A DNA stretch of 64,000 bases, taken from Adineta vaga (taxonomy: Eukaryota > Animalia > Rotifera). Positions within the stretch are counted from its first letter, which is position 1. Each line of letters begins with the position of its first letter. The notes beneath the pieces were generated by a model. That model saw only the letters and a program-made list of their open reading frames with translations. It was not told the origin of the DNA and did no database searches. The position numbers were made by a program, and so were the translations under genes. Below are positions 26,049-39,216 of the stretch, one piece after another. The stretch lies in contig CP075495.1 of assembly GCA_021613535.1 (NCBI GenBank), forward strand, positions 186,001-250,000. The letters run 5' to 3'.

Positions 26049-26898
26049 GTAAGTACTCTTAGATTCTGGCTACGTTACACACAAGTAAGGCTCATCCTCT
26101 GGATTCGCGGGCCCTTTTCTGAAAGAATAACGTAACAATATAAATAAAAAAAATTTTAATAATTTTATATGAAACTTGGTTTTTCGAAAAGATTCAGAGA
26201 GAAAGCAATAATCAGTGTCAGTTTATTTTTGTAATAACAAAACGATTAAAAACAGTACAATTTGCGAAACAAAAATAAAAATAAAAAATACACCTGTTAT
26301 AAGCGTTTGATCGGCAAGGAATTAATTATGGTTATTCCAAGCTTATAATACGTTTTCTGATCGTAATGAACACTGACACATGAGTATCCCAGTATAAGAG
26401 TGAGATTCTATAATACAAAAAACATGAAAAAAAACGATAAGCTCAAATATATGGATTTCATGAAGATTAATTTACAAGTTTAACAAAGAAAACACTTCAG
26501 CATCAGAAACGAGTAAATATAGTTGAAAAAATTGAACGATCAATAGATTAGTTATCTTAAACTATATTTAAGAGTCCATAAATGGTTATGAGATTGCAAT
26601 AAATAAATTTGTACAATTAAAGGTAAATATTTGTTAGCTCAAAAACTTATGAAAATTGAATTATTTTGACATAAAAAAGTATGATAACAATAAGGAAAAA
26701 ATATTGGTTCGTTCTATTGATTCTATATTTTTCTTCCTATTTCACTCAATTTTATATTGTTATATGAAGTTGGAGATGAGAAACATGATTTTGGTTGTAT
26801 ACATTAGTCTAAATATTTTTTTAGATTTTTATATTAAATTTTCGAATATTATATCTTACAAAGATTTGGATTTGCTGTTAGCGACCGAATTAGGTCAA

Positions 26899-28726
26899 TC
26901 AGATACTTTGTATACTATTCTTCAACTTACGTCGATAAACATAGTATAGTGCAATAGAGATTAATCCTAAACATATCCAGCTGATAACTGATGCACTAAG
27001 AGACCACGCATCTTTAGGATGAAATGTTTGGATATCAGGAAGAGTGACTGGTTCGCTCAAACGTTTAATAATGTCATCGATTCTTTGGTCACGCGATTTT
27101 ACATTAAACCACGATGTATTCTTTTTTAGATGTTGATAAACATCAACAATAGGGATATTATTTGTCAGGAGACTATTGTTATAAATAACTGCAAATGATG
27201 GACCGCTCGAGGGTATTGGTTGACCTACTAAAGTAAAACCAGGACATGTAATTGTATACCCTGGAGTCACATTTACAACCGATATAGGCGGCAGTATAAC
27301 TTGTTCATTTATGTTCCGTGTTTGCGGTTTAAGAATAGAGTACTCAAATTTAGGAATTTTCAAACAATGAAGTGGTTCAGGTGACGAAGTCACCCAAAGA
27401 TTACCTCGCAGTTGTCGAATAAAGAATGGTTCGGATGGAGCTGATGTTATTTGACAACTTGACAATGATAGAGTTCCAATGATTTGACCAAGACAAGTTT
27501 TGTCTGTTATCGGTTGTATTGGTGGAGTATCACGGCAAGTTGTCATCAATTGAAGATCACATCCAGATGTTTGAGGATCATGCCATTCCATAGTGATATT
27601 GTCTATGGGATTAATTGCCCAATACTGAGGAATGTGACCAATTTGAATAGTTTTATTTTCATAGAAGAACGGAATTGCCATTAATTTGTAGGTATAAAAT
27701 GGTGAATGTTGTTGTTGTGGAACGGCAAAATAACTTGTAATAACAAGACGGCCAATTTCTTCTGGATTCATAGTGGTGTATCGAGAGCTGGGAACAAAAT
27801 CGACTTGTTGACGAACGAGAAGGTTAGTAGTAATTTGAGCAATTGGAATCTGTCCATACTCGGCATTGAATGTTAGATTTCCTCCTGATATAACATCATA
27901 GATTACACTATGTAGATCATCTGGCGAGAGAAATTCTAAAGTAAGTTTATTATGGAAGATTTTCTCTAACGCTAAGTAAAGAAAGGAACGTCGAATCTGG
28001 ATGTGTAGCTTTTCAACACTATCTCTGAGACTTTCAAGACTTTTTGAATGCATTTGTAAAATCGGAATTATAGCATTGATAGCTTGTTGTGTCGTTTGAA
28101 GTTCCTTTGCCAATTCAATCGGGGTTTCTTGAAATTTTACTAATAGTGCTCCATGTGCACGCATAGTATTAGAGAATTCTGAGAGAGATTTCTCGACGAG
28201 TGTCACTTGTTGCTGAAGATTTACTATTTGCATAGAATTCGCGGTAGATATGGCAAGACTGGTAAGTCCTACACCTATACTAATGATATCAGTAAGAAGA
28301 CGTTTATTTCTTTTCATTGTAATATTACATGACGGAATCTTTGAAGCACTTGATAATGGTAAAAAGTAACAAGTAGCAACAGTCATTGGAAAAATTGCTG
28401 AGTTATGAATAATTTTGTCAGATGGTGTGTATGAACCCACTGTCATGGCCTTCAGCCACGATAACTCATGAGTTATGTGTATATGGATCGGATGCTTTGA
28501 GTCATGTACATGTGATCACAGATAGTATATAAAAGCAGTATCTTCTACTTGTGTGTGTGTGTGTGTTCCATCTCAGCAATAAACTCACTCCCTCATAAGT
28601 AAAGAATAGACCTGATTCAGGATGACCAATTGTGGTATTTTGTCCAAAGATATCATTAAGTTTGCCAAGAATATTGTGTGAGAATAAAATCAAGAGAAGA
28701 AATAATAGTACAATGTTGTATATCAT
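26899..28726 (-). pseudogene. Env/F-like class I fusion glycoprotein no. 1 (left copy), interrupted by a solo LTR
   Basis: Signal peptide MIYNIVLLFLLLILFSHNILG, furin site KRNKR, fusion peptide LLTDIISIGVGLTSLAIS, long heptad repeat, Cys-rich region, TM WSLSASVISWICLGLISIALYYVY and a basic tail. The 515-codon downstream part is intact. Confidence 0.85.
28441..28595 (+). mobile_element. Solo LTR (left copy; small deletion at its 3' end and TSD)
   Basis: Begins TG directly after CCCAC. Contains TATATAAAAG, (TG)n and AATAAA. Mirror of 47049-47217. Confidence 0.75.
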
Positions 28727-29163
28727 GCTTGATAGATTTCCGGAAGTTAAAGACGACACTTCTCAATTAAAAATATTGAAGAATGAGAGTCAAATGCTTT
28801 TTACAAATATCTGAAACAAATGAACAAATTATTATTAAAAAGGTCATATTATCGATTGTTTTTTTTTCAAGTGAAGATAAATTATATATGAACTAATTAC
28901 AAGATTACAAAAAAATCAGTTAACATAAAACAACCACTCTAAATCAAAATGATTGAAAAATTTTTAATAGTTTAGTAGTTGTCCTTGAAAAATCGTATGG
29001 ATTTGTTTGATTATTAGATAACTATTCGTCGTTGATCTTGTCAAAACTTTTATTAATTTTGATAAAATAAATGGTGTTCAATTAATTGCGTCATTGGAAA
29101 TGCCGAAAGAGTTTCTTTTGTAGTATTGAATATGCAATGGCTTCAAGCATATTTCATGCCAAG

Positions 29164-32100
29164 TCATACAAAATATTGAGTATAACATTTTTTTGTTTGT
29201 TCAAAAAGTACAGCTAATCTGTTAAGCTCAGATACTTGTCCTTTAGATGGCTTTACTTGTAAAGCAGTGATGCTGAAGTCTTGTAAAATTACGAGATCCG
29301 AAAGCTGTTGTACTCTGGAAAGTGGTACATAAGCAGATGCGACCTCTACCATTCCAGGTGGCATATTTAAATCAATAATTATCTTCCGTAGTGTTTGACC
29401 TTGACTCTTATGAGTAGTGATAGAATAGGCTGGTATCAATGGCAAAGCTTTTCTCTTCACAGATATGGTAGCTTTAACTTTTTTATGTTTGAATATTTTC
29501 ATAACTGCTGCTTTGTTCGCGTACAGCTTCTCCAAACTGACATCAAACGTCTTTTCGACCACTGGAATAGGGACAAGAAGTGCGTCAAGTGAATCAAACT
29601 TTTTGATTTTTGATTTTGATATTTCTACTATTGTGTATTGAGCATTACGAATAAAGACAGTATCATTTGTGAAAACGTCTTCGTTAGATCCTGTAGTAGG
29701 TTCTGCTGTATGATCATAAACTAATCTACGAAAAATACCTTGTGTCCCATTCGACAGACCAAGTTCACAAGCTATATTTTCTTGCAATAGCACAGGCATA
29801 CCTGGCGCAAGAGGTAAGTAACCAGGTAAATGTTCTGTTTTATTATCCGGTAAACTTAAAAGACGTCTCGCCAAATCAGGAAGGTCGATATTTCTCTTAG
29901 CTTTTATTGTATCTGTAGCTATCACAACAGTTGGAACTCGACCCATTTCATATGCTTTATTGATTACAGCTCGATTGTTCAGTTCTGTTCTAAGTTCATT
30001 ACGGTAAACAAGAATTGGAGCCTAAGATACTACAAAAGAAGAAAGAAAACTAACTGCATTGAATAATATGATATTCTTTGTAAAGAGCACTACAGTAAGT
30101 TCTGACAAATGAAAGAAAAAACTCTACTTTCAAAGTTATTCATTTTTTTTATAATCATATCTGTATGCTGTAGTTTGTATGAAAGGACTAGTTGTATTTG
30201 TAACATACCTCGTTCCATGGTGGATCATTGAGAGAGATATTAAGTCCTATGCCAATTACACGTGTTCGAAGTAGTTGCCAATCTGCATTTGTTCCTTCAC
30301 CATTACGAACTCTATCCAACAGAGCTCGATAAGCTATATCTTTTGTTCTCATCTGTTGCTCAAGCATAACAACACAGTTTATTTGTAAGACAAGTGCTCG
30401 AGCACTTTTTTGTTGAATATCGTTTTCAATCGGCAAGTTCGTGTTCCCTTTTCCATCGTTGTCTGACGTAGTGGAAAAATTATAATAAAGTGGTTTGTCA
30501 AATACAGGTGAGTATTGAATATAATCTCCGAAAAAAATTATGTTTATACCGCCCATCGTAGACATGGGATCACAATGCTTAGCTGTCGCAACAAGTTTAT
30601 TCAAACGAGCCAATAAGCTAAGACCAACCATTGACATTTCATCAAGAATGATATATTCTACAAAACGCCATGTATTTTCAAGTGTCATCTGACCTGGACG
30701 ATTCATAGTTTTTTATTTCCTTTTCCGATTGCGTCCTTCACCGAGAAAGGAATGAATTGTCATGCCTTCAATCTCTGCTGCGGCAACTGATGTTGGCGCA
30801 AGTTTTCTCAATTTATGCGCACGATTTGTTTCTGTAAAATAGGCAGTAACAGCACGGATCAATTGAGACTTTCCTGTACCACCACAGCCGGGTACACACA
30901 TAATTAACTGATCTTGTTTGTCAACTAGAAAAAAATTAGTATGGTTATAATTTTTTCCGATTTATTACATCATCGTACCTCCGTTTAAACTATCTAAGCC
31001 ATCCAGATGACCAGTAATAATCATAAATGCAGCTTTTTGATTCTTGTTCAGCGTGAATTGTCTTGCCATGTTCTCTCGTGTTATTTCGTTTGGTACAATA
31101 ATTTTTGTGACTGACATAATGTGTCCTGAACTCGAGATGATCTTATTATTATCTAGATTTGATGGTAAATTATCTTCGATAACTTTAGCCAGTTCATTTT
31201 CGACATTATCATTATTCTCCACAATGTTATTTTGTGGTTGTTCACCTATACAAGCATTTCTTATTCGATCTTTATCGTCTTTAATTTTTCGTTGCCATCT
31301 ATTATTTAATTGAAGTAGTTCATGAGTTGCTGGCACTTAAATGTTCATGATCAGAAACAATATTCCCCTGCAATTTGGACGTATATGTAAGGCGATTTGT
31401 CGCTCCTGTATGCGAATCTATAAATGACAGTTATTAATGGTTATCTTCAAAAATGAATACTCTTACTTCGAATATTTGCAAATCTGTTAGCTTGATCCAC
31501 TGCTTTCACTATCTTTTCAAAATATATTTGTTCTACTTTATTCGCATTGTGATTGAAAGTAGGCATGTCAGCGATATCCAACGCTTCTAATACATCAAGT
31601 ACTTCAGTATTTTCATCCTCACTATCACTGTTAACATGATGAGAATAGTACTCGCCACCACCAGTATCAGTTTGTGCAGCTTCAATTACCTGCTGCAAAT
31701 GCTCATCACGATCACTTTTACATTCTTGAAGCAACTGTATATTATTGATGATTTTCCATGATGTTGGAAGGATTTTAGTTTGATGCATATGAAATGCTTC
31801 TTCCCATGTCTGGTTAACATTAGATACGTCTTCAAATGTGCGCCAGGGAAGAAAAAGAGGCAATATGGCTCGGCAATAACGTTCTTTTGTATCTTCTCGG
31901 TCTTTACGAGGTATTGGAGGACCAAGTAAGACTGGAACGACTGGTATCATACGCTTTATATTTATATGTGATGTTGCTTGCGGATGTTGAGCTTGAAACA
32001 TCTCTCTTTCAGAAAATGGTCGGCCACGGTGTAAAGTTTTTGAATGATCATTTGTCGATTCTGATTGAGTTTCCAAATGCTTTCGATCTCTTGCATCAAT

Positions 32101-35100
32101 AGGTTTTTTCCGATATAAACGAACATAATCATATAGACACATATTATCAAGCGCTCTTGAACGATATTGATAATCTACTCGAGTGTTAACATATACATAT
32201 TTGTTATTAGTCTCCGTTGGTTGAAGTGAAAATTGTTCTTCTGTTTCAAAGCAGTTTTCTTCATCGTTGATATCTGTAATATCTATCAAAATAAAAAAAG
32301 GTTCTAAGATTATATTCATTATTTATTGTATAGGTGAACTATGTCATAGTATCGTATTCACAATCTGACCTGCTGCAGAGAGCAAGAATATATCGATTTC
32401 TTAATGCTTAGTGAGTTCTATGAGATTTTATAGTTCCCCATAAGTACTATCGACTTATACATATATCTAATAAAATGAAAAAACATCTGACAAGAAAGTT
32501 TTTAACTTATAACAAAAAACGGCTTATAGAAATCTAGATATCACTTGTTATTTGAGACTGTTGTTTAAGTTTGGCGTCTATTAACATTGATTGTAAATAA
32601 TTCTCAATACCAATTAGAAATAGATTGACAAAATCGTGAGTTGTATAATGATCAGGCCAACCCATAAGATAAGAGGCCACTTGTACTCCAGATAGTTCTT
32701 GCTGTGATGCAAGCGTATTATAGCAACGCAAGACAAGTCGACGAGATTTTTCCTCGACATTCATAGCGGGGTTTATATGAAGCTTTTGCTTTTCAAAAGA
32801 TTGGACAGCTTTCAACATTAACGAGAATGTGTCACGAAACGAGAGACTCGATTTTGTGACATAATCTGTAACATAATATACCAAGGCCTTAGCATCACTG
32901 CCGCTGAAAATATATTTAATATCCATATTCGAACGGCACGCACTAATGATATATTCGTTGAAGTTATTAATTGTTTCATGAAGTCGCTTCAATTTAATTT
33001 CACCAGTTTCAACATTAATAGAGGATTCGTTTTCAGTTTTACGAGGCATTCGCATACGACATATAGGATTGTCGCTCTTTTTTGAATATTTATAACATGA
33101 TGCAGTGTGTTTATGCATATTATTAGTGCATACTAGCTTCACAACATCATTTTTAAAGTTGAGTTCAAAATTCGGCATTGATGGATTTGGTGTCGGCATG
33201 GTCGACGGCATGAGCTTCGAAGAATTATTTTCATTTTCATTAGAATTTGAAGATGATCTTTGCTGCTGTTCAAGATCTAAAAAGTTAATTTGATAAAATG
33301 AATTCTATATGTATTTATTTAGAGATGATCTTTTACCGTCATCTTCAGATGTATTAAGACTGAAGTTACTAAGGTCTTGCTTGATGATATCTTCTAAATA
33401 GTTAAGAAGACCACGTCGAAACTCTTCGTTTTGAACTGATTCTTTTAACTGAGAGGGTGTCAAATCATGATCAAGCCACATGAGAATATGTAAATGCAAT
33501 GAGCCCCGTCCTTGATTTTCAACTGTACCAAAGTAGGCTTTAATAGGACCTAGTACGCCCTTTTCAATCATACATTTAAGAATAGAAGAGATGAGTACAT
33601 TAAAAAACGACCTGTAGCCACGGGATGTGAAGCTATAATTTGAGCACGTTCGTATGTTGATGGAATTGTTTTTGGTATAATTTTATCGAGATCAAGGTCG
33701 ACACCAGCAAAATAGAGAGCAACACGGCTATGAATATCGGCAGGATTTATTGTCATAAATATACTAGGCAAATCTTGATTAAATGTCAGAGCATGGATCT
33801 TATTGCGAAGAGATGATCGAGAATAGGCTGAGCCCATGACACTTCCACCTACAGCCTTGATTTGATTCATGAATGTATTGATTCTTGGATTATCCACGGA
33901 AGAGAACGTCTTTTTGCCGATAGTTATGAGCGCTGACTCAATTTCTTTACTTGTCAAAGTTTGGAGATCATTTGCAGCGGTTTGAAAATAAGGTCGAGAA
34001 GCCATAAGAGTTGCATTCCGAAATGCTTGTCGTCGCTGTAATATATTAAAAAGAACGAACATGAATGAATGGTGCTTCTCAAAACGTTGATCATCATATG
34101 CTAGTAAATATCGTATGTGTTGCTCAAGTGACACTGGAATTGGCCTTGATAGATCCTGAGGTGCACCACATCCATAGGGGAAAAGAGTTGGATATAGACC
34201 AAGCAATAATTCTGGATTTAAACAATCGTTAATCGGCATATAAGATCTCGGAATCATAAACACATCATCTTCGTCTTCAGTTGGTTTATCTGATGAGTCA
34301 GCCGATACACTAGTTATATTCTTATGAACTTTACGAAGTAAATGTACGCCAATATCTTCTGACGAGATCATAGTTCCATTAACATCCAACACAGCACTAT
34401 TAAATTTTAAAATATTAGAAATTTTTCATTTTATAATTGAAACTTATTACCTAGGATTCATTGGGCATATGTTTTCTGAATTCATTTCATCTTGGTCAGT
34501 GGCATTTACCATTGGATCGTCAGTATATCCACTTCGTTCTGCATTTCCATCAATAGCATTTTCTAACCTTTCCAAGGTAATCCATATGCTCTCTGGAACA
34601 TCATCTTCAGGTAATTTTGCAATATTTCCCTCATTTACTAAGATGATATAGTACATATTTTAGAAAGCGTTTTTTTCTCTCAGAAACTTACCAGGAATTC
34701 CTCGATACATATGATTATGATTTTTCAACCATACGAGAGCACGACGAATTTTTTGTCGACTCACACCACAAATCTTACGTAATTGGACTCGATGCGGTGT
34801 GTGTGCGCCGATAAAAACAATTTTTAATGTATCAGAAAGATCTTCCACATCCAAGGGCAAACTTGTAACAATGTTTGGCATATTATGCATAAATGTAATT
34901 ACATTACCTTTGAGTGCAGCTTGAGCAGTAGAATGGTGATGAAAAGGAGAATGTAGTTTGATAATACAACTATTATGTCGATAAAGGGAAATTCTTCGAA
35001 AAGATAGTCGTGTATTCATAACTTTGTATTCTTTTCAATAATAGTTAATTACTTACAATTTTTCTTCAGCAATTGTTAGTCCCTGAAGCTCAAGCGGTAT

Positions 35101-36419
35101 ATCACCAATTCCACATTTTGTTTGCTACAGAGAACATTGGAATCTTATCTTTACTCAAAGCACTGTAGCACTGTTGACATACAGTACCAGTTTTTGTCAT
35201 CGTATTATATCCTCTCTTGTAAAGAACTATATTCGATATTGAGAAAGTATCAAAATTTTCGTCAACATCTGTAAATACGAATGATATGCAATCATGTAAT
35301 AATTACTTAATTAAGATATTTACCTTGTCTGTCGTCTTGTTTTTTTAGGAATAATATTCATGAGACCTATGTGAGTCGTTAGTTGTTTCACATTTAAAAT
35401 ATCTTGTAGAGCACATTCTTTCATGTTGTTAGTAGAGGCGCGAATATTACATAGAATACATACAGATTGTCGTAGGGCTGACATGGACATATGATTAGAG
35501 AAATCGTGCAAACAATGATTTTTTAATTTCGTTGGAATTGCCAATGGCCAAACAAGTTCTTTGAGTAGAGCTTGCTGCTCCTTTTCTAATATTCGTTGTT
35601 CTCGTTGTACGTTCACAGCTTCGACTAAATTACTTTTGGATCGCTGTCGATCCACTGCATCTTTCCCATTAGAGTTTTGTTGTTGTTTGTCTGTTAGAAG
35701 CCTATTTCTTTGTTTACTTCGACTTAACCTATTCTTTGCAGATCGTTCTCGTTGGACAGTAAGACGTATTCGCTGCTGATCTTCAGTTTCCTTTTCCCTT
35801 GCAGTCCGTTTGCGCAGTCGATCATCAGCTAGACGTTGTCTTCGCTGCTCTTCGCTTTCGACTATTTTCTCTTGGCGTTTCCGTTGACTGTTGTAAGTCT
35901 CTAAATTCGATGACGACTTCTCAACCAATGATGACATTACCTTGTGCTTCCTAATATTAGGCGGCGGTGAAAACTCAGGACTTCGTATAGATGAAATTTG
36001 GTTATTTTTAATCGTCTGCTTTCGTGGTGTCTAAATATACAAAAGTTTCAGACATATCTTTTTGGCTAATGCCCTATTATACACTATCTGTATTATCAGA
36101 TGTCTTTGCTCATTACTTACTGTTCGATCTCTGCGATATGGTTGTACAAGCGGTACAAAATGATTTGGACTCCATACTCCACCATTACCAGGACGATTTC
36201 TCGTAGAAAATTCATCCTCAGTGCTGCTCCAAAATATAATTAATCTTCCGTTAACTGGTGTAGTTGTGTCCAATGGCTTGTACATTGCATTCATAATTTT
36301 CATTTCTGCTCGGTAATCGATGAATGGATATACGCTTTGCACGTCACAATATAAAACATTAGCCAGCGCTACAAGCTCATAAAGTTCGGAATAACTACCA
36401 TTTTTACAAGTTTCTCTAA
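29164..36419 (-). pseudogene. Helitron RepHel polyprotein (OTU-like, charged coiled coil, DUF6570-like, HUH Rep, PIF1 helicase), multi-exon, frameshifted; left copy
   Basis: Rep motifs FMTINPAD, VENQGRGSLHLHILMW and YYVTDYVTK. Helicase motifs GCGGTGKS, APTSVAA, ILDEMSM, GDYIQYSPV, QQMR, TTHKSQGQT and YVPLSRV. OTU-like ALANVLYCDVQSVYP...NHFVPL. Confidence 0.92.
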
Positions 36420-39216
36420 CAAGGGAATGTCCCGAAGTGATGACCCGAGTTGAAGGCTGATATTATGTGGATGTGCTACACTAAGTACCCTGATGTCAAC
36501 TGTGAAACAATTATCGGCTGAGGCCTGTCCACTGAGAAACTATAATTATAACATTTTCTCACCATAGAGTACATGTATACCCCTACAGACATTTTTTTGA
36601 CTATTGTAGTTCTTGAACGGATACTGTTCCACATCCAAATATAGTGAAAGAATATGAATTGATATTGTTCGCAAATAATGTCGCACTATCACATCAGTCT
36701 ATATGTCTATTCCATCGAACCCAATAATGCTGTCTGCGTATATACGTAATTAGATACTTGTTTTCTTCTCTGGCATCTTTAAATACATTTTTATCTTTTT
36801 ATTGTAATCACATATTATTTCGCATTTATTGATAAATATTTCATCACTATGCTTATACGTACATCGCTCATACATGAATCAAAAAGAGAATGTACGTATG
36901 TTTCAATGATATTATGGACTTATCTTTTGATGATATGATCGTATCTTCTTTTATTGTTCCTGCGTAGATATAACGAATTCACTTTCTTTATATACTTGTA
37001 TTATCTGTTCCAGGCCTATATAATCACTCTTATATGTTTCATAGTATGTTCTCCAGGTCTTTGTAATCACTATCTCTTTCTTTGTAATATGGATCTCACT
37101 TCTATATTCGTTTGCTCCTTTGTTATCCGGAGCTATAAATAGATCGATTCTAATTCAAATTTAGCATGTGATATACATATATATTCATCTCATTTTATCA
37201 TACAATACACAATTAAAAACTTCTTTATTACACGGTAAGATAATGTGTTTCTGTTTTAATAAGTGATAAATAATCGTCTCTTCTCTAGCTTTCGATATTA
37301 AAATGGCAAATATAACAAATATTTTATATTTGTTGAACGATCTCGTACACCAAAAATATCCAGGTTCGAGTCTCAGTGAACCATCAGCAAAAGATCATGA
37401 GTTGGCAGATCAATTGTTTCTTATATTGGATCAGTTACTAAATGCAGCTGATTTAGAGTTCGAGAACATTAAAACATTAGATTTTAATGCGGATGATGAT
37501 GATGAAGAATATCAAGAAAACAATGATGATACACCATGCAACATCGATGGTACAAGATATTCTTATAATACAATGTGTAATATTGTTGAATACTCAAAAA
37601 AACACACATTTTCTTCATTACGTAGTCGTTACAAAAGAGTAAAATGTAAACAACAACTACATAGCATAAAACAATATGTTAAAGAACAAGGTACGAAGTC
37701 ACACAAGCTTCAACGTGTTGATGAATTTGTTTATATGGAATTCATGCGTGCTAGAAGATCGTATTTACCGATTCACGATTCTGATATAAGACGAATGGCT
37801 ATCAAAAAAGCACGTGAAATAAACCTAAATGATTTTGTGGCATCTCCTCATTGGATATTAAATTTCAAACGTCGTCATCATATTTCATCAAGAAAAATAA
37901 CCAAGTTAGTGACCAAACATCATCTAGAAGATCGTGATGAAATATTAAAATCTGCCGAGAACTTTGTTAAAGCAGTGAACAACATGGTTTCAAACTATGC
38001 GGAAGATCATATATTAAATACTGATCAAAGTAGTTTTAAGCAAGTTGACTTTCTTATGTACAAGAAAAGTAATATTTTTTTATTTTCAGTTATGAAAATG
38101 TATCGAAAAGAACTTTATCGACAACCGGTGAAAAATCAACAATAGGCCAGATAAAATCAATGAATGCTGTAACACATTCATACACCATTATGCCTACGAT
38201 TAGTATGGCTGGAAAATTAATTGGACCAGTTTTTATATGTCTACAAGAACCAACAGGAAGGCTAGGACCGCGTGTCAAACGATCGCTGTATGAGGCAAAT
38301 AATATCCATGTTACATGTAGCCAATCCGGGAAATTAACCAAAACACATGTTCGTTATTGAGCTGAAAAAGTTCTACGTCCTTCAGTTTCCAAAGATTGCT
38401 TATTGTTATTGGACTCGTGGTCTGGTCAAACGGATCCTAGTACTTATGATGGCATCTTTAATGAAGATGTTACATGTGAACGAATGCAAATTCCACCTAA
38501 AACAACTGGAGATATTCAACCATTAGATCGGTATTTCTTTCGTCAATGGAAATATTTAAAACAAAAAATATGTGATCGTATAGCCATTGATCGAATAAAT
38601 ATCGATATTACTTCTCGAAACAATATCTTAAAAATGCACTCGTTAATACACAATCAGCTGTCCGCAAGTAGATTTTCACCAATGATACAGTATGCATGGT
38701 TTTCAACAGGATATTTATCAAGAGATCCAGGTAGTTTTGACAATGTGCGTGATGTGTGTTTTTCTTTCGCTGAAGATTTTTGCTCTGTTACCACATGTAA
38801 CGATTGTTCTTTTATTTCTTGTAGTTACTGTGACAGTATACTCTGTTTTACTCATTTTTTCATTGATGATCATAAACATTGATATCAACATATATTCTTA
38901 TCGTCATAGAAAGATCTACTCGTTAAGCACATATAGACTGATGTGATAGTGCGACATTATTTGCGAACAATATCAATTCATATTCTTTCACTATATTTGG
39001 ATGTGGAACAGTATCCGTTCAAGAACTACAATAGTCAAAAAAAATGTCTGTAGGGGTATACATGTACTCTATGGTGAGAAAACGTTATAATTATAGTTTC
39101 TCAGTGGACAGGCCTCAGCCGATAATTGTTTCACAGTTGACATCAGGGTACTTAGTGTAGCACATCCACATAATATCAGCCTTCAACTCGGGTCATCACT
39201 TCGGGACATTCCCTTG
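36420..39216 (+). mobile_element. Tc4/Tc5-like (pogo-related) DNA transposon, 2797 bp, ~287-bp TIRs
   Basis: Ends CAAGGGAATGTCCCGAAG ... CTTCGGGACATTCCCTTG, flanked by TAA / TTA (TNA target). The insertion cuts the OTU-like coding frame. Confidence 0.88.
37303..38882 (+). pseudogene. Tc5-like transposase (CENP-B-type HTH, DD37D, Cys-rich C-terminus), one GC-AG intron and one premature TGA
   Basis: Motifs FVASPHWILNFKRRH, NTDQ, LLLDSW..(37 aa)..QPLD and a C-terminal Cys cluster. Removing intron 38040-38089 restores the frame. TGA at 38358-38360. Confidence 0.88.

Larger units (their letters stand above)
26082..36419 (-). mobile_element. Helitron (Rep-helicase + OTU-like + env-like), left copy, 5'-truncated
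   Basis: RepHel gene followed by a co-oriented env-like gene and a GC-rich hairpin (26087-26116) at the junction with the interrupted host intron. The 3' boundary is approximate. Confidence 0.7.
19127..36706. repeat. Left arm of the giant inverted repeat
   Basis: Reverse complement of 38929-56516; every ORF is mirrored. Outer edge tttttaacagaaca, inner edge acatcagtctatatgt. Confidence 0.97.

Noticed and set aside
26899-28726. Env as part of an endogenous retrovirus
   Set aside because: No gag, protease, RT, RNase H or integrase motifs and no flanking LTR pair. The only LTR is inserted inside env, antisense, with its own TSD.
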